In this document: in pieces, positions 19,135-28,418 of the stretch
Numbering within the stretch: the first letter of the stretch is position 1
How the letters are laid out: each line of letters starts with the position of its first letter
Source of the DNA: an uncultured Chloroflexia bacterium
Lineage (GTDB): Bacteria; Chloroflexota; Limnocylindria; Limnocylindrales; CSP1-4
NCBI GenBank assembly: GCA_963766735.1
Contig: CAVYBU010000008.1
Span: 319,744-383,743 of the forward strand
Direction of reading: 5' to 3'
DNA length: 64,000 nt
Translations under genes and position numbers: made by a program
The notes under the pieces: generated by a model
Database searches by the model: none
The model's input: only the letters and a program-made list of their open reading frames with translations
Told to the model about the DNA's origin: nothing

Positions 19135-22100
19135 CGGACCGGTACCGCGGGCGGACGACCCGGGAGCGGAAGCTCGCCGAGAAGGTCGCGCGCGAGTGGG
19201 CGGAGCGGCGCGCCGCAGCGGAGGTCGCGGAGCAGGAGGTGGACCTGGACCGCGCGTCGGTCGAGGCCGAGGTGGAGCTGCTCGATCCTGCGGCGCGACG
19301 CGCTGAGCCGGACAGGCCTGGCGCTGCCGGGGCCGCGGGTGCGACGGCCGCGTCCTCTGCGGCACGCGCCCGGCGGGCGGCGGCACATGCGCGGGGGGAC
19401 CGCGCCGGCACGGCGTCCCGCGGCGGCGCCGGACGTCGTGTGCCGGATCTCGCGGTGCTGCCGCGCCTCCTCCACGCAACGGGTTCGTTCGAGACGCTGC
19501 GGGAGCGACTCGGGCCTGCCGCGGCCCCGGCGGCCGGCATCCACGGGCGCCACGTGGGCTTGACGACGGTCCCGCACGGGGCGAAGTCCTACCTCGCGGC
19601 GGCGATCGCCCTGGCGGAGGGTGGCGAGCGGATCTGCTGGGTGGCGAGGGATGCGGAGATCGGCGACCGCGTGGCCGAGGAGCTGGGTGCCTGGCTGGGC
19701 GACCCGTCGCTCGTGGCGGTGCTGGAGCCCCGGACCTCGCTTGCCTACGAGCGCTCGGAGCTGGTCCCCGACGAGACGGCCGCACGCGTTGCGGCGCTGG
19801 CGGCGTGGCGCGGGGGACGAGCGAAGGTAATGGTCGCCAGCGTCCAGGCACTGCTCCAGGCGACGCTCGCCCCGGACGACCTGCCGGCCTCGATCCGGAC
19901 CCTGCGGCCCGGATCGAGGGTGATCCTGGACACGCTCCTCGCGGAGCTCCTCGACCATGGCTACGCACCCGTCCTCGAAGTCGCGGGGAGGGGAGAGTTC
20001 GCGCGGCGCGGCGGCATCGTGGACGTGTTCCCGCCCTCGGCGCCGCTCCCCGTCCGGATCGAGCTGTTCGGCGACGAGATCGACTCGCTCCGCGCCTTCG
20101 ACCCGACCGACCAGCGGAGCGTCGGAACCGTCACGGAGGTCGCGCTCCTGCCCGCGACGGAGTTCCTGCTCCCCCCGGGCGGTGCGGACGAGATCCGGGC
20201 GCGGCTGGGGCGGATGGCGGCCAGGCTCCCGGAGCGGCTGACGCTGGACCTGGCGCGGTTTTCGGGCGACGCCGTGACGGAGGGCGCGGCCCACGCGTCC
20301 TCCGGTCGCGCGCTCCCCGCGGGGGACGCTGCGGAGGTCTGGTGCCGGGTCGTTGCTCCCCACACCGGCCTCGACCACCTCGACCCCTCGACCCTCTTCG
20401 TCCTGGACGAGCCCGGTGACCTCGCCGACGCCGCCGAGTTCCTGTGGCGCCAGGCCGAGGAACGGCACGCGGAGCTGGTGGAGGGCGGCGAGCTGCCGAA
20501 GGACTGGCCCACTGCCTACCTCCCGCCGCGCGACTGGAAGGCGCGCCTCCACGGCGCGCGGACCCTGGAGCTCACCTGGCAGTCCGAGGCGGGCACCGCG
20601 GACGGCATGGCCCACGCTTCGAAGGGCCTGACGTCGGGCGACCTGTTCGGCTGGCGTGATCCGGTCCTGCCGCCGGGCCGCACGGAGCGGCTGGTCGATG
20701 GCGTGGAGCACTGGCTCTCCGAGCGGGCGCGCGTCGTGCTCGTGTCGGACCAGGCGCCTCGCCTGGCGGAGCTGCTGGGTGAGGCCGGGCACCCCGTCGG
20801 CATCGTCAGCCGCGTCGCGGAGGCGCCGCCGCCCGGGGCGATCGCGCTGGTGGAGCGGAGCCTCAACGGCGGCTTCGAGGGTGGCCCGGACGGACTCGCG
20901 GTCGTCACGGATCGCGAGCTGTTCGGGACCGTCCGCGTCCGGCGGCCGAAGGCGATGCGGCGCGTCGTCCCGCGCGACATCCTGGAGCGACTGACGGCCG
21001 GGGACCTCGTCGTCCACATCGATCATGGCATCGCGCGCTACGAGCAGATGCTGCGGCGCGGGGAGGCGGGCCAGGAGCGGGACTACCTGGAGCTCTCGTT
21101 CGCGGCAGGGGACCGGATCTTCGTCCCCGTGGAACAGATCAACCGGATCTCGCGGTACTCGGGCGGGGAATCGCCGCAGCTCTCGCGCCTGGGCGGGACG
21201 GACTGGCTGCGGGCCAAGCAGCGGGTCCGCAAGGCGGTCACCGACCTGGCGGAGGAGCTGCTCAGGCTCTACGCCAGGCGGGAGGCGGCGGAAGGGTTCG
21301 CGTTCAGCTTCGACTCGCCCTGGCAGGGGGAGATGGAGGCGTCGTTCCCGTACGAGGAGACGCCGGACCAGCTCCGTGCCGCGGTCGAGGTCAAGGCGGA
21401 CATGGAGACACGGCGACCGATGGACCGCCTGGTCGTCGGCGACGTGGGTTACGGCAAGACCGAGGTGGCCCTGCGGGCCGCGTTCAAGGCCACGCAGGAC
21501 GGCAAGCAGGTGGCAGTGCTCGTCCCTACTACCGTGTTAGCAGGGCAGCACTTCACCACGTTCTCACAGCGGTTCGCGGCGTTCCCGATCACGGTCAAGC
21601 TGCTGTCACGGTTCGTCGGGGCGAAGGACCAGGACGCGGCTATCTCCGGCCTCGCGAGTGGCGGCGTGGACATCGTCATCGGGACCCACCGCCTTCTGAG
21701 CAAGGACGTGGCGTTCCGGGACCTGGGCCTGGTGGTGGTGGACGAGGAGCAGCGGTTCGGGGTCGCGGCGAAGGAGCGGCTCAAGCAGCTGCGGTCCGCC
21801 GTGGACGTGCTGACGCTGTCCGCCACGCCGATCCCCCGGACGCTCAACCTGGCCCTGGCCGGGATCCGGGACATGTCGGTCATCGAGACCCCGCCGGAGG
21901 ACCGCCTGCCGATCCAGACCCGCGTGGCGGAGGCGTCCGCCGGCCTCGTCCGGGACGCGATCCTGCGCGAGCTCGACCGCGGCGGCCAGGTGTTCTACGT
22001 CCACAACCGGGTCGAGACGATCGAGGCCCAGGCCGAGCAGCTGCGACGGCTCCTGCCCGGGGCGCGGATCCTCGTCGGGCACGGGCAGATGGGCGCGGAC

Positions 22101-23042
22101 CGGCTCGAGAAGGTGATGCTCGCGTTCGCCGACGGCGCCGCGGACGTCCTCGTGTGCACCACCATCATCGAGTCCGGCCTGGACATCCCGAACGCGAACA
22201 CCATCGTCATCGACCGCGCGGACACGCTGGGTCTCGCGCAGCTCTACCAGCTCCGCGGGCGCGTGGGCCGGTCATCGCGCCGCGCGTACGCCTATCTGCT
22301 CTACCGCCGCCGCGAGCGCATGAGCGAGGAGGCCCGCAAGCGCCTCCAGGCGATCTTCAATGCGTCCGAGCTGGGCGCCGGGTTCCAGATCGCGCTGGCG
22401 GACCTCGAGATCCGCGGGGCGGGCAACATCCTGGGCGGCGAGCAGTCCGGGCACATGGCGGCGGTCGGGTTCGACCTGTACAGCCGGCTCCTGGCCGAGG
22501 CCGTCGAGGAGGCGAAGGCGCGACGCGAGTTCCGCGAGCCGGTCCGCGAGGCCGTGCAGGCCGTGGTTGACCTGCCGGTGGATGCGCACCTGCCCGACGA
22601 TTACGTGCCCGAGGTCGCCCAGAAGCTGGAGCTGTACCGGCGGCTGGCACGGACGCGGACAGTGGGCGACGTGGCGGCATTCCGGCAGGAGGTGCTGGAC
22701 CGTTACGGCCCGATGCCCGCGCCGGTCCTGCGGCTGGCCGAGGTGGCGGAGCTGCGGCTGTCGGCTGAGTCCGCCGGCGTGGCCTCCCTGGCGCGCGAGG
22801 AGGGCTGGCTGGTCGTCCGGTTCGGGGCGTCGCTCTCCCGGGCGACCGCGATGCAGCTGCTGTCACCGTCGTTCGGGGCGCCGCTGCCGGGGGTGCGGGC
22901 CGGGGACATGACGTTCGCGTCGAACCAGGTCCGGATCCGTCTGCCGAAGGACGCGCTCAAGGGCTGGGTGCTGACGCAGGCAGTGGTCTCGCGGCTGGTG
23001 GCGGCCGCGGGTGCGACCGGAGGATCGGAGGCAGGGGCATGA
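19131..23042 (+). CDS. mfd: Transcription-repair coupling factor Mfd (start could alternatively be ~19440)
   Basis: RGGIVDVF, GDLVVHIDHGIARY, GDVGYGKTEVA, DEEQRFGV, QLRGRVGRS, TRCF C-terminus; GTGA overlap with pth. Confidence 0.96.
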   Translation: MTDRYRGRTTRERKLAEKVAREWAERRAAAEVAEQEVDLDRASVEAEVELLDPAARRAEPDRPGAAGAAGATAASSAARARRAAAHARGDRAGTASRGGAGRRVPDLAVLPRLLHATGSFETLRERLGPAAAPAAGIHGRHVGLTTVPHGAKSYLAAAIALAEGGERICWVARDAEIGDRVAEELGAWLGDPSLVAVLEPRTSLAYERSELVPDETAARVAALAAWRGGRAKVMVASVQALLQATLAPDDLPASIRTLRPGSRVILDTLLAELLDHGYAPVLEVAGRGEFARRGGIVDVFPPSAPLPVRIELFGDEIDSLRAFDPTDQRSVGTVTEVALLPATEFLLPPGGADEIRARLGRMAARLPERLTLDLARFSGDAVTEGAAHASSGRALPAGDAAEVWCRVVAPHTGLDHLDPSTLFVLDEPGDLADAAEFLWRQAEERHAELVEGGELPKDWPTAYLPPRDWKARLHGARTLELTWQSEAGTADGMAHASKGLTSGDLFGWRDPVLPPGRTERLVDGVEHWLSERARVVLVSDQAPRLAELLGEAGHPVGIVSRVAEAPPPGAIALVERSLNGGFEGGPDGLAVVTDRELFGTVRVRRPKAMRRVVPRDILERLTAGDLVVHIDHGIARYEQMLRRGEAGQERDYLELSFAAGDRIFVPVEQINRISRYSGGESPQLSRLGGTDWLRAKQRVRKAVTDLAEELLRLYARREAAEGFAFSFDSPWQGEMEASFPYEETPDQLRAAVEVKADMETRRPMDRLVVGDVGYGKTEVALRAAFKATQDGKQVAVLVPTTVLAGQHFTTFSQRFAAFPITVKLLSRFVGAKDQDAAISGLASGGVDIVIGTHRLLSKDVAFRDLGLVVVDEEQRFGVAAKERLKQLRSAVDVLTLSATPIPRTLNLALAGIRDMSVIETPPEDRLPIQTRVAEASAGLVRDAILRELDRGGQVFYVHNRVETIEAQAEQLRRLLPGARILVGHGQMGADRLEKVMLAFADGAADVLVCTTIIESGLDIPNANTIVIDRADTLGLAQLYQLRGRVGRSSRRAYAYLLYRRRERMSEEARKRLQAIFNASELGAGFQIALADLEIRGAGNILGGEQSGHMAAVGFDLYSRLLAEAVEEAKARREFREPVREAVQAVVDLPVDAHLPDDYVPEVAQKLELYRRLARTRTVGDVAAFRQEVLDRYGPMPAPVLRLAEVAELRLSAESAGVASLAREEGWLVVRFGASLSRATAMQLLSPSFGAPLPGVRAGDMTFASNQVRIRLPKDALKGWVLTQAVVSRLVAAAGATGGSEAGA

Positions 23043-23512
23043 CGTGGCGGTGGAGCCGCCGACGCCGAGCGGCCCGGGTCGTCCTCCTCGATCCGGCGGG
23101 TCGCGTCCTGCTCTTCCGCCTGGCGCCGGAGCGCGATCCGGCCGGTCGCGGCTACTGGTACCTGCCCGGCGGCGGCATCCAGCCGCGCGAGTCGATCGAG
23201 GCAGCCGCCCTGCGCGAGCTGCGCGAGGAGACCGGCATCCGAGACGTGACCCTGGGGGCGATCCTCTCGGAGCGGGCCGGGGTGCGGTTCAACTTTGGCG
23301 GCCGTGACATCGTCCAGGACGAGTGGTACGTGGCAGCACACGTGGTGACTGCGCGGGTCGGCACCGGCCGCCGCGGCGACGGGGAGCGCCGGGCGATCGA
23401 GGCGCACCGATGGTGGTCGATCGCCGAGCTTGCCGCGAGCGACGAGGTCGTGCACCCGCCCGGGCTCGTCGATCTCATCGCGGCCGCGGGGCGGAGCAGC
23501 CAGAACAGATGA
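23039..23512 (+). CDS. NUDIX hydrolase
   Basis: Nudix box GGGIQPRESIEAAALRELREETG; ATGA-coupled to mfd. Confidence 0.92.
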   Translation: MTWRWSRRRRAARVVLLDPAGRVLLFRLAPERDPAGRGYWYLPGGGIQPRESIEAAALRELREETGIRDVTLGAILSERAGVRFNFGGRDIVQDEWYVAAHVVTARVGTGRRGDGERRAIEAHRWWSIAELAASDEVVHPPGLVDLIAAAGRSSQNR

Positions 23513-23618
23513 GGTGACCTGGCAGCCGCGGTCCTGCCTCGTCGCGCTGGGCTCGCCCCTGGACGGCGGCGTCGGAGCGGCTCCTAGCACTGACCATCCC
23601 ATCTGCTAGGGTGCGGTC

Positions 23619-24026
23619 ATGGTGAGCAAGCGGCTCGACGCGATGATCCACGGCTGGGTCGAGCGGAGCTACCTCAAGGGCATCAACGGCTACTGGGCCG
23701 ATCTCGTCCTTTCGGAGTTCGCGTTCCTCGAAGAATGCGGCGGCACGGTCGAAGACGTGAGCTTCCACCAGAAGGGCGACTACATCCGCTACGTCGGACC
23801 CTGGGGCACGGTATTGCTCGAATTCGAGCCTGACTCGAATTGGATCGGCGGCGGTGCGCGGCTGTCGGGTGAGAGCGCGACGTTCGAGGGCGAACTCGAC
23901 CGTCTCGTGCGCGAGCGGATGCCAGACAAGGTCCTCCCGCCGAAGTTGCCGCTGGACCGCGAGAACATCGCCGCGAACTTGTCCGTGTGGGCCGCGGCGC
24001 TGCGAGACTCGCCGGACCTGTTCTGA
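23619..24026 (+). CDS. Hypothetical protein
   Basis: 135-aa ORF with protein-like composition; TAGGGT 6 nt before ATG. Confidence 0.65.
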   Translation: MVSKRLDAMIHGWVERSYLKGINGYWADLVLSEFAFLEECGGTVEDVSFHQKGDYIRYVGPWGTVLLEFEPDSNWIGGGARLSGESATFEGELDRLVRERMPDKVLPPKLPLDRENIAANLSVWAAALRDSPDLF

Positions 24027-24181
24027 TTCGAGGCCGGACCAGCCTTAAGGCAAGGTCCACGCCATGTGACATTCCCGCACGCTGGCTGACCACGGGGGTG
24101 GCCTCGCGCGGGCTCGAGGGAGCGGGCCACCGGGTCGTCCGACTCTGGCTGTCGCCCCCCGTGCGATGCATGCTCACCGCT

Positions 24182-24245
24182 GAGCGAGAGGCTCCGACGC
24201 GCGGCCCACGCTGCTGGCCGCCGGGACCGCGCCGAGCTACTGGCG
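24182..24245 (+). ncRNA. Degenerate, 3'-truncated copy of the c-di-GMP-II-like variant riboswitch
   Basis: GAGCGAGAGGCTCCGACGCGCGGCCCA...GGCCGCCGGGACCGCGCCGAGCTACTGGCG, nearly identical to 25966-26030 but lacking the 3' AGACCGACC. Confidence 0.5.
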
Positions 24246-24266
24246 GCCTGCGGGAGGTGGCGGGAC

Positions 24267-24767
24267 ATGCCAGAGACCGATCTGTTGCTTTCGCTGGCGG
24301 AGATCGCCGGCGTGTTCCTCGGCTTCGGGGCGCTGATCAGCATCAGGAGCGCCGGCACGAGCGACGCGTATGAACTGACGTACATCCGCGGCGTGGTCTC
24401 GATGGGGACCTATGTGATCGTGGCCGCCCTCGTCCCGGTGACGCTCGGCTACTACGGCATCACCGGTCACGAGCTCTGGCTGCTGAGCAGTCTCGTGTTC
24501 GTCGCGGTCTTCTGGGGAACGTTCGCGGTGGAGGTCGTGCGAGTGCCCGAATCACGGGTAGTCGGTCTCGCCACGCCGTGGGCGCGGCGGGTGGTCTCGG
24601 GGCTGCTGTACGTCCCCATGAACGTCGCGCTGGTCCTCGTCGTGCTCGGCCTGTTTCCGGACCAGGAGCCCGCCCTCTATCTCACGGCCCTCGGGCTCCT
24701 CCTGGTCTTCGCCGCATCCTTCCTGCTGAGCCTCGCGTACTCGTTCGGACGCCCGCAGACCGCCTGA
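24267..24767 (+). CDS. Hypothetical integral membrane protein (~5 TM)
   Basis: LLSLAEIAGVFLGFGALI N-terminus; GGAGG SD. Confidence 0.75.
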   Translation: MPETDLLLSLAEIAGVFLGFGALISIRSAGTSDAYELTYIRGVVSMGTYVIVAALVPVTLGYYGITGHELWLLSSLVFVAVFWGTFAVEVVRVPESRVVGLATPWARRVVSGLLYVPMNVALVLVVLGLFPDQEPALYLTALGLLLVFAASFLLSLAYSFGRPQTA

Positions 24768-24906
24768 GACGACCCGCCGCGCCCGGTTCACCCGTCGGCT
24801 CCGATTGCCGACCAGCCGGGTGACGCTCGCGGACGCGACCGGCATCTTGCGGGCCGGCAAACCCGCCCCGCGCTAGCCTTGGGTCACCAGTGCATGGAGA
24901 CGCGCG

Positions 24907-25569
24907 TTGAAACTCCTTCTCACGTCCGCCGGGATCACGAACTCGAGCATTCGAGCCGCCCTGCTTGACATCCTGGGCAAGCCGATCGAGGCGTGCACCG
25001 CCCTCGCCAACTCCACGGCGAGCTATCCGCTCCGGCGCGGCCCGCAGCTCGCGTGGAACTTCATCGCCGGCGAGCAGCCCCAGACCCCGATGGCCGAGCT
25101 CGGCTGGAAGTCTGTCGGCGTCCTCGAGCTCACGGCGCTGCCCAGCATCGCGCGAGCCGTCTGGCTCCCCCGTGTCGAGGAGGCCGACGTTCTGCTCGTG
25201 AACGGCGGCGACACGATCTACCTCGACCGCTGGATGCGCGCGTCCGGGCTGGCAGAGCTCCTGCCTTCGCTCGATCTCGTGTACGTGGGACTCAGCGCCG
25301 GGAGCCTGGTCATGTCGCCATCCGTCGCGGACGACTTCGCTTCCTGGACCCGCCCTGTCGGGGGCGAAGGGCTGGGCCTCGTCGACTTCGAGATCTTCCC
25401 GCACCTCGACAACCCCGATCTACCGGAGAACACCATGGCCGATGCGGAGCGGTGGGCGGCCAGCCTGACAGGGCCCGGCTACGCGATCGACGACGAGACC
25501 GCGATCAAGGTGGTCGATGGGGTCGCCGACGTGATCTCGGAGGGGCACTGGCGGCTGTTCGAGGCGTAG
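24907..25569 (+). CDS. Peptidase E (S51)-like, type 1 glutamine amidotransferase-like protein
   Basis: KLLLTSAG, VNGGDT, YVGLSAGS, FPHL, YAIDDETA. Confidence 0.88.
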   Translation: MKLLLTSAGITNSSIRAALLDILGKPIEACTALANSTASYPLRRGPQLAWNFIAGEQPQTPMAELGWKSVGVLELTALPSIARAVWLPRVEEADVLLVNGGDTIYLDRWMRASGLAELLPSLDLVYVGLSAGSLVMSPSVADDFASWTRPVGGEGLGLVDFEIFPHLDNPDLPENTMADAERWAASLTGPGYAIDDETAIKVVDGVADVISEGHWRLFEA

Positions 25570-25965
25570 TGCCGTCCCGCGCCGGTTGACGCGTCAGCCG
25601 ACACCGGCGCTCACGACCGCCAGCGCGGCGGCGCTGGTCCTCGTGTCGCCCGTGGGAACCATCGCCAACCTCGCTCGTCTCGATCGCTTGGGACACGTGA
25701 TCTGGACCGGCGAACCACCGACCACGACCTCGGGCGATCAATGCGTCGGCTCCGTAGCGGGTGATCCGCTGGTGGTGTCCAGCTTCTCCGGCTTGGAAGG
25801 AGCCATCAGTCCGTTGACAGGCAGCGTGCTTTCGCCGGTCCTTCCGAGCGACATCCGCTCACGCTCGCGGACCTCGGGGTGGCCTCTCGTGCGGTCGGAT
25901 CCGCTTCGACGACCGAGCCGTTTGCCTCTAGCGCTCGACACCGGCTCGCCCGAGCCTTCGCAGCG

Positions 25966-26042
25966 GAGCGGGAGGCTCAGACGCGCGGCCCATCACCCAC
26001 GGCCGCCGGGACCGCGCCGAGCCACTGGCGAGACCGACCCGA
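25966..26042 (+). ncRNA. c-di-GMP-II-like variant riboswitch (GAG-type 3' segment)
   Basis: GGAGG...AGAC-GCGCGG (pseudoknot partner CCGCGC)...GGC-CGCC...GAGCCACTGGCG-AG-ACCGACC. It parallels the canonical GGGCAC...GAGYYAGUAGUGCAACCGACC layout and lies ~25 nt upstream of an ATG. Confidence 0.65.
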
Positions 26043-26066
26043 CTGTCCTCTGCAGGAGGGTTTCAC

Positions 26067-26423
26067 ATGGCCGAGTTCGCGTTGTTCATCGGCTGGGGCG
26101 CGACAAACCCGGGTCGCGAGATTGCAGCGACGAAGGTGTTCGGCGAGGCCGTCGCCTACTGGACCGGGCTCGAGGCGGCGGGCGAGATCGAGAGTTACGA
26201 GACCGTCATCCTCGGGTACCACGGAGGAGACCTGGCTGGCTTCGCCCTGTTGCGCGGTGACCCGGAGCGGCTGGGGCGGCTCAGCATGTCGCCCGAGTTC
26301 CAGCGCCTCACCAGGCGTGCCGCTGCCGTCGTCAAGAATGTGGGCGTCGTCAACGCCGCCCTCGATACCCAGGCGTTGCGCTGGGTGGGTGAGACCAACC
26401 AGGCGCTTGCCGACCTGATCTGA
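26067..26423 (+). CDS. Conserved-looking hypothetical protein
   Basis: AGGAGG SD; LFIGWG...GRE...GEIESYETV...HGGDLAGFALLRG. Confidence 0.8.
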   Translation: MAEFALFIGWGATNPGREIAATKVFGEAVAYWTGLEAAGEIESYETVILGYHGGDLAGFALLRGDPERLGRLSMSPEFQRLTRRAAAVVKNVGVVNAALDTQALRWVGETNQALADLI

Positions 26424-26676
26424 CGCTGGTCACCGCCTCCCGGCGGTGCACCGACACCCGGCCCCCGGGTTCGCTCCCGGCGACGAGCTCTCCTCGGAGG
26501 GTCGGACGCGCACCGGGCGTCCGGGGGCCGTCTGCCTCTGGTGTCTGCGCGCACGCGGGCGGACGCCGGCGTGGCCTTGTGCGAGCGTGATGCACCGGGT
26601 GACCGGAGCGGGGGAGCCCCTGCGCCCGGCGCCGGACGCTCCTCGCCGGGGCTCAGGGCGTTCGGGGCTCCGAGGA

Positions 26677-27669
26677 TCAGGTGATCGCCCGGTGGAGCCG
26701 CCGGAACGTCGGCCGGAAGCCGAGCCCGCGCCACGCTCGGTCGGCCTCGAGATTGGTGGACCGCCAGTCGGTCGTGATCGTCTCGTAGCCCGCGTCCCGG
26801 CCCCAGGCGAGGATCGTCTCGCCGAGCGCCCGACCGACGCCGAGGCCGCGCGCCTCGGGCAGCACCGCGGCGTAGCCGAGAAACCCCGCCCGAGCCGGAC
26901 GGATGAGGCTCGTGTTCGCGCTCGACTCCTCGATCGAACAGCCGGTCGCGGTGCCGACGACGCGGCCGCCGGCCTCGGCCACGAACGTCGTGAACCGCGG
27001 ATCGTCGAAGTCCTGCTCCAGCTCGGCCCGGACCTCCTCGATGGGCTGGATGGGGAAGTGCGAGAACACCGGTGCGAGCCGGCTGTGGCGAGGCAGGACG
27101 AGGTCGAGCTCGGCCAGCGCGGGCAGGTCGGCCCGCTTCGCGCGCCGGATGACCAGTGCGGACTGGGACACGACGCCGAACGAGGCGGGCGGCGGTTCGC
27201 GAACGGCGTGGAGGTGCTGCTGCCCGAAGTCGAGGCTGAACCAGGCCTCCACCAGGTCCTCGTCCGCGGCCGGCACCAGGACGTGCTGGTTCGCCCGACC
27301 CGCGTCCACCCACGCCTCCGCAGCAACGGCGTACAGCGCCCGGACGACGGCTGGACCGGTCGCGGCGTGTCCTGCCGCCTCGACCCAGACGTTGCCGCCC
27401 CATGTCGCCGGATCCTTCGAGATCCCGATGAGGAACCCGACGAGCGATCCACCCGCCGACGCGGCCCAGGCCGTGGCCGAGTCGGCCGCGAGCAGCGATT
27501 CGATCTCGAGCCGCGCCGCGGCGGGCGTCTCGTAGGCCGGGTCGAGCAGTGGCTCTGCCAGCCGGTGCCGGCGGTGCCGCGCGGCGAGGAGCCCTGCGGC
27601 CCCATCGAGATCCCTCTCCTCGAAGGGACGGATCTGCACGGGTCGGGAGTGTGGTTCGGCCGTCGCCAT
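26677..27669 (-). CDS. Tandem-domain GNAT N-acetyltransferase
   Basis: C-terminal AVLPEARGLGVGRAL acetyl-CoA motif; TDWRSTNLEA...GLGFRP. Confidence 0.85.
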   Translation of the reverse strand: MATAEPHSRPVQIRPFEERDLDGAAGLLAARHRRHRLAEPLLDPAYETPAAARLEIESLLAADSATAWAASAGGSLVGFLIGISKDPATWGGNVWVEAAGHAATGPAVVRALYAVAAEAWVDAGRANQHVLVPAADEDLVEAWFSLDFGQQHLHAVREPPPASFGVVSQSALVIRRAKRADLPALAELDLVLPRHSRLAPVFSHFPIQPIEEVRAELEQDFDDPRFTTFVAEAGGRVVGTATGCSIEESSANTSLIRPARAGFLGYAAVLPEARGLGVGRALGETILAWGRDAGYETITTDWRSTNLEADRAWRGLGFRPTFRRLHRAIT

Positions 27670-27782
27670 GGCCGATAGCGTAGATCCTCTGGTCGGTGTC
27701 TCGCGTGCAGCGGGGCGACTTGGGCCGTCTGCCTCTTGAGTCCGGCAGCCGTAACGCAGAGCCTTCGCTGCGTGAGGAGCAG

Positions 27783-28232
27783 ATGACCGGGGCTGAGCTG
27801 GCCTTCGCGGCGTTCGGAGTGGCCACGCAGGCGTTGCTGCTGTGCTTCTTCGCGGCGCGTCGCTGGGCGCCCCGGCTTGCGGCGCGTTTCGGCTGGGTGG
27901 CCTACGCCTTCTCCGGCCTCGGGCTGCCGCTGGGCCTGGGGCTGCTCCTCGACGGACAGACCTGGAGATTGTTCGTCGGCCCGTTGCTGATGGCCCTGTG
28001 GGCCCTCTTCGGGGCGATCGTCGACCTGTGGCGTCAGCGCCAATGGCGTGGCCCACCGGTGGTCTGGACTGTCCTCATCCCGTACGTGGCTCTCTACTTC
28101 TCGGCCCAGATGTTCCTGTGGTGGCCCCTGTGGAACATCGAGCGCGCCGCCTGGGTGCTCTTCCTCATCCTGTTCGTCGCGAGCACTGCCATCAACTTCC
28201 GCGGGCATTTCGGCGACGGGGCGGACGGCTAG
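27783..28232 (+). CDS. Hypothetical membrane protein
   Basis: About 5 Trp-rich TM segments; GAGGAG SD. Confidence 0.75.
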   Translation: MTGAELAFAAFGVATQALLLCFFAARRWAPRLAARFGWVAYAFSGLGLPLGLGLLLDGQTWRLFVGPLLMALWALFGAIVDLWRQRQWRGPPVVWTVLIPYVALYFSAQMFLWWPLWNIERAAWVLFLILFVASTAINFRGHFGDGADG

Positions 28233-28418
28233 GGACGGGGATCCACGCCGCGCCGGTCTTGAGGATCACCACCGCCCTCTCGCGGAGCGCGGTTCGCGGC
28301 GTTCGGTGGTTGCCGTACGCTGCAGGCACACGAGTGAACCGACCCGCGTCCACCACCAGCGGGGTCTCGAGCCCATGCACGATCCGGGAGCGGGAGGCTC
28401 GTTGAGCGAGGACGGCAG

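Noticed and set aside
15240-21026. Very long minus-strand ORFs (15240..18182, 18357..21026) and similar shadow ORFs (7857..10175, 31351..34164, 48150..50735, 60202..62295)
   Set aside because: They lie antisense to well-supported genes, are Arg/Gly/Pro-rich and lack motifs, as expected from stop-codon scarcity at high GC
24856-24906. GGCAAACC resembling the start of a c-di-GMP-I riboswitch
   Set aside because: No following GNRA-capped stem or GACGCAAAGC segment
27759-27776. GAGCCTTCGC(T/A)GCG shared with 25952
   Set aside because: Too short to distinguish from chance at this GC content, and no riboswitch core follows
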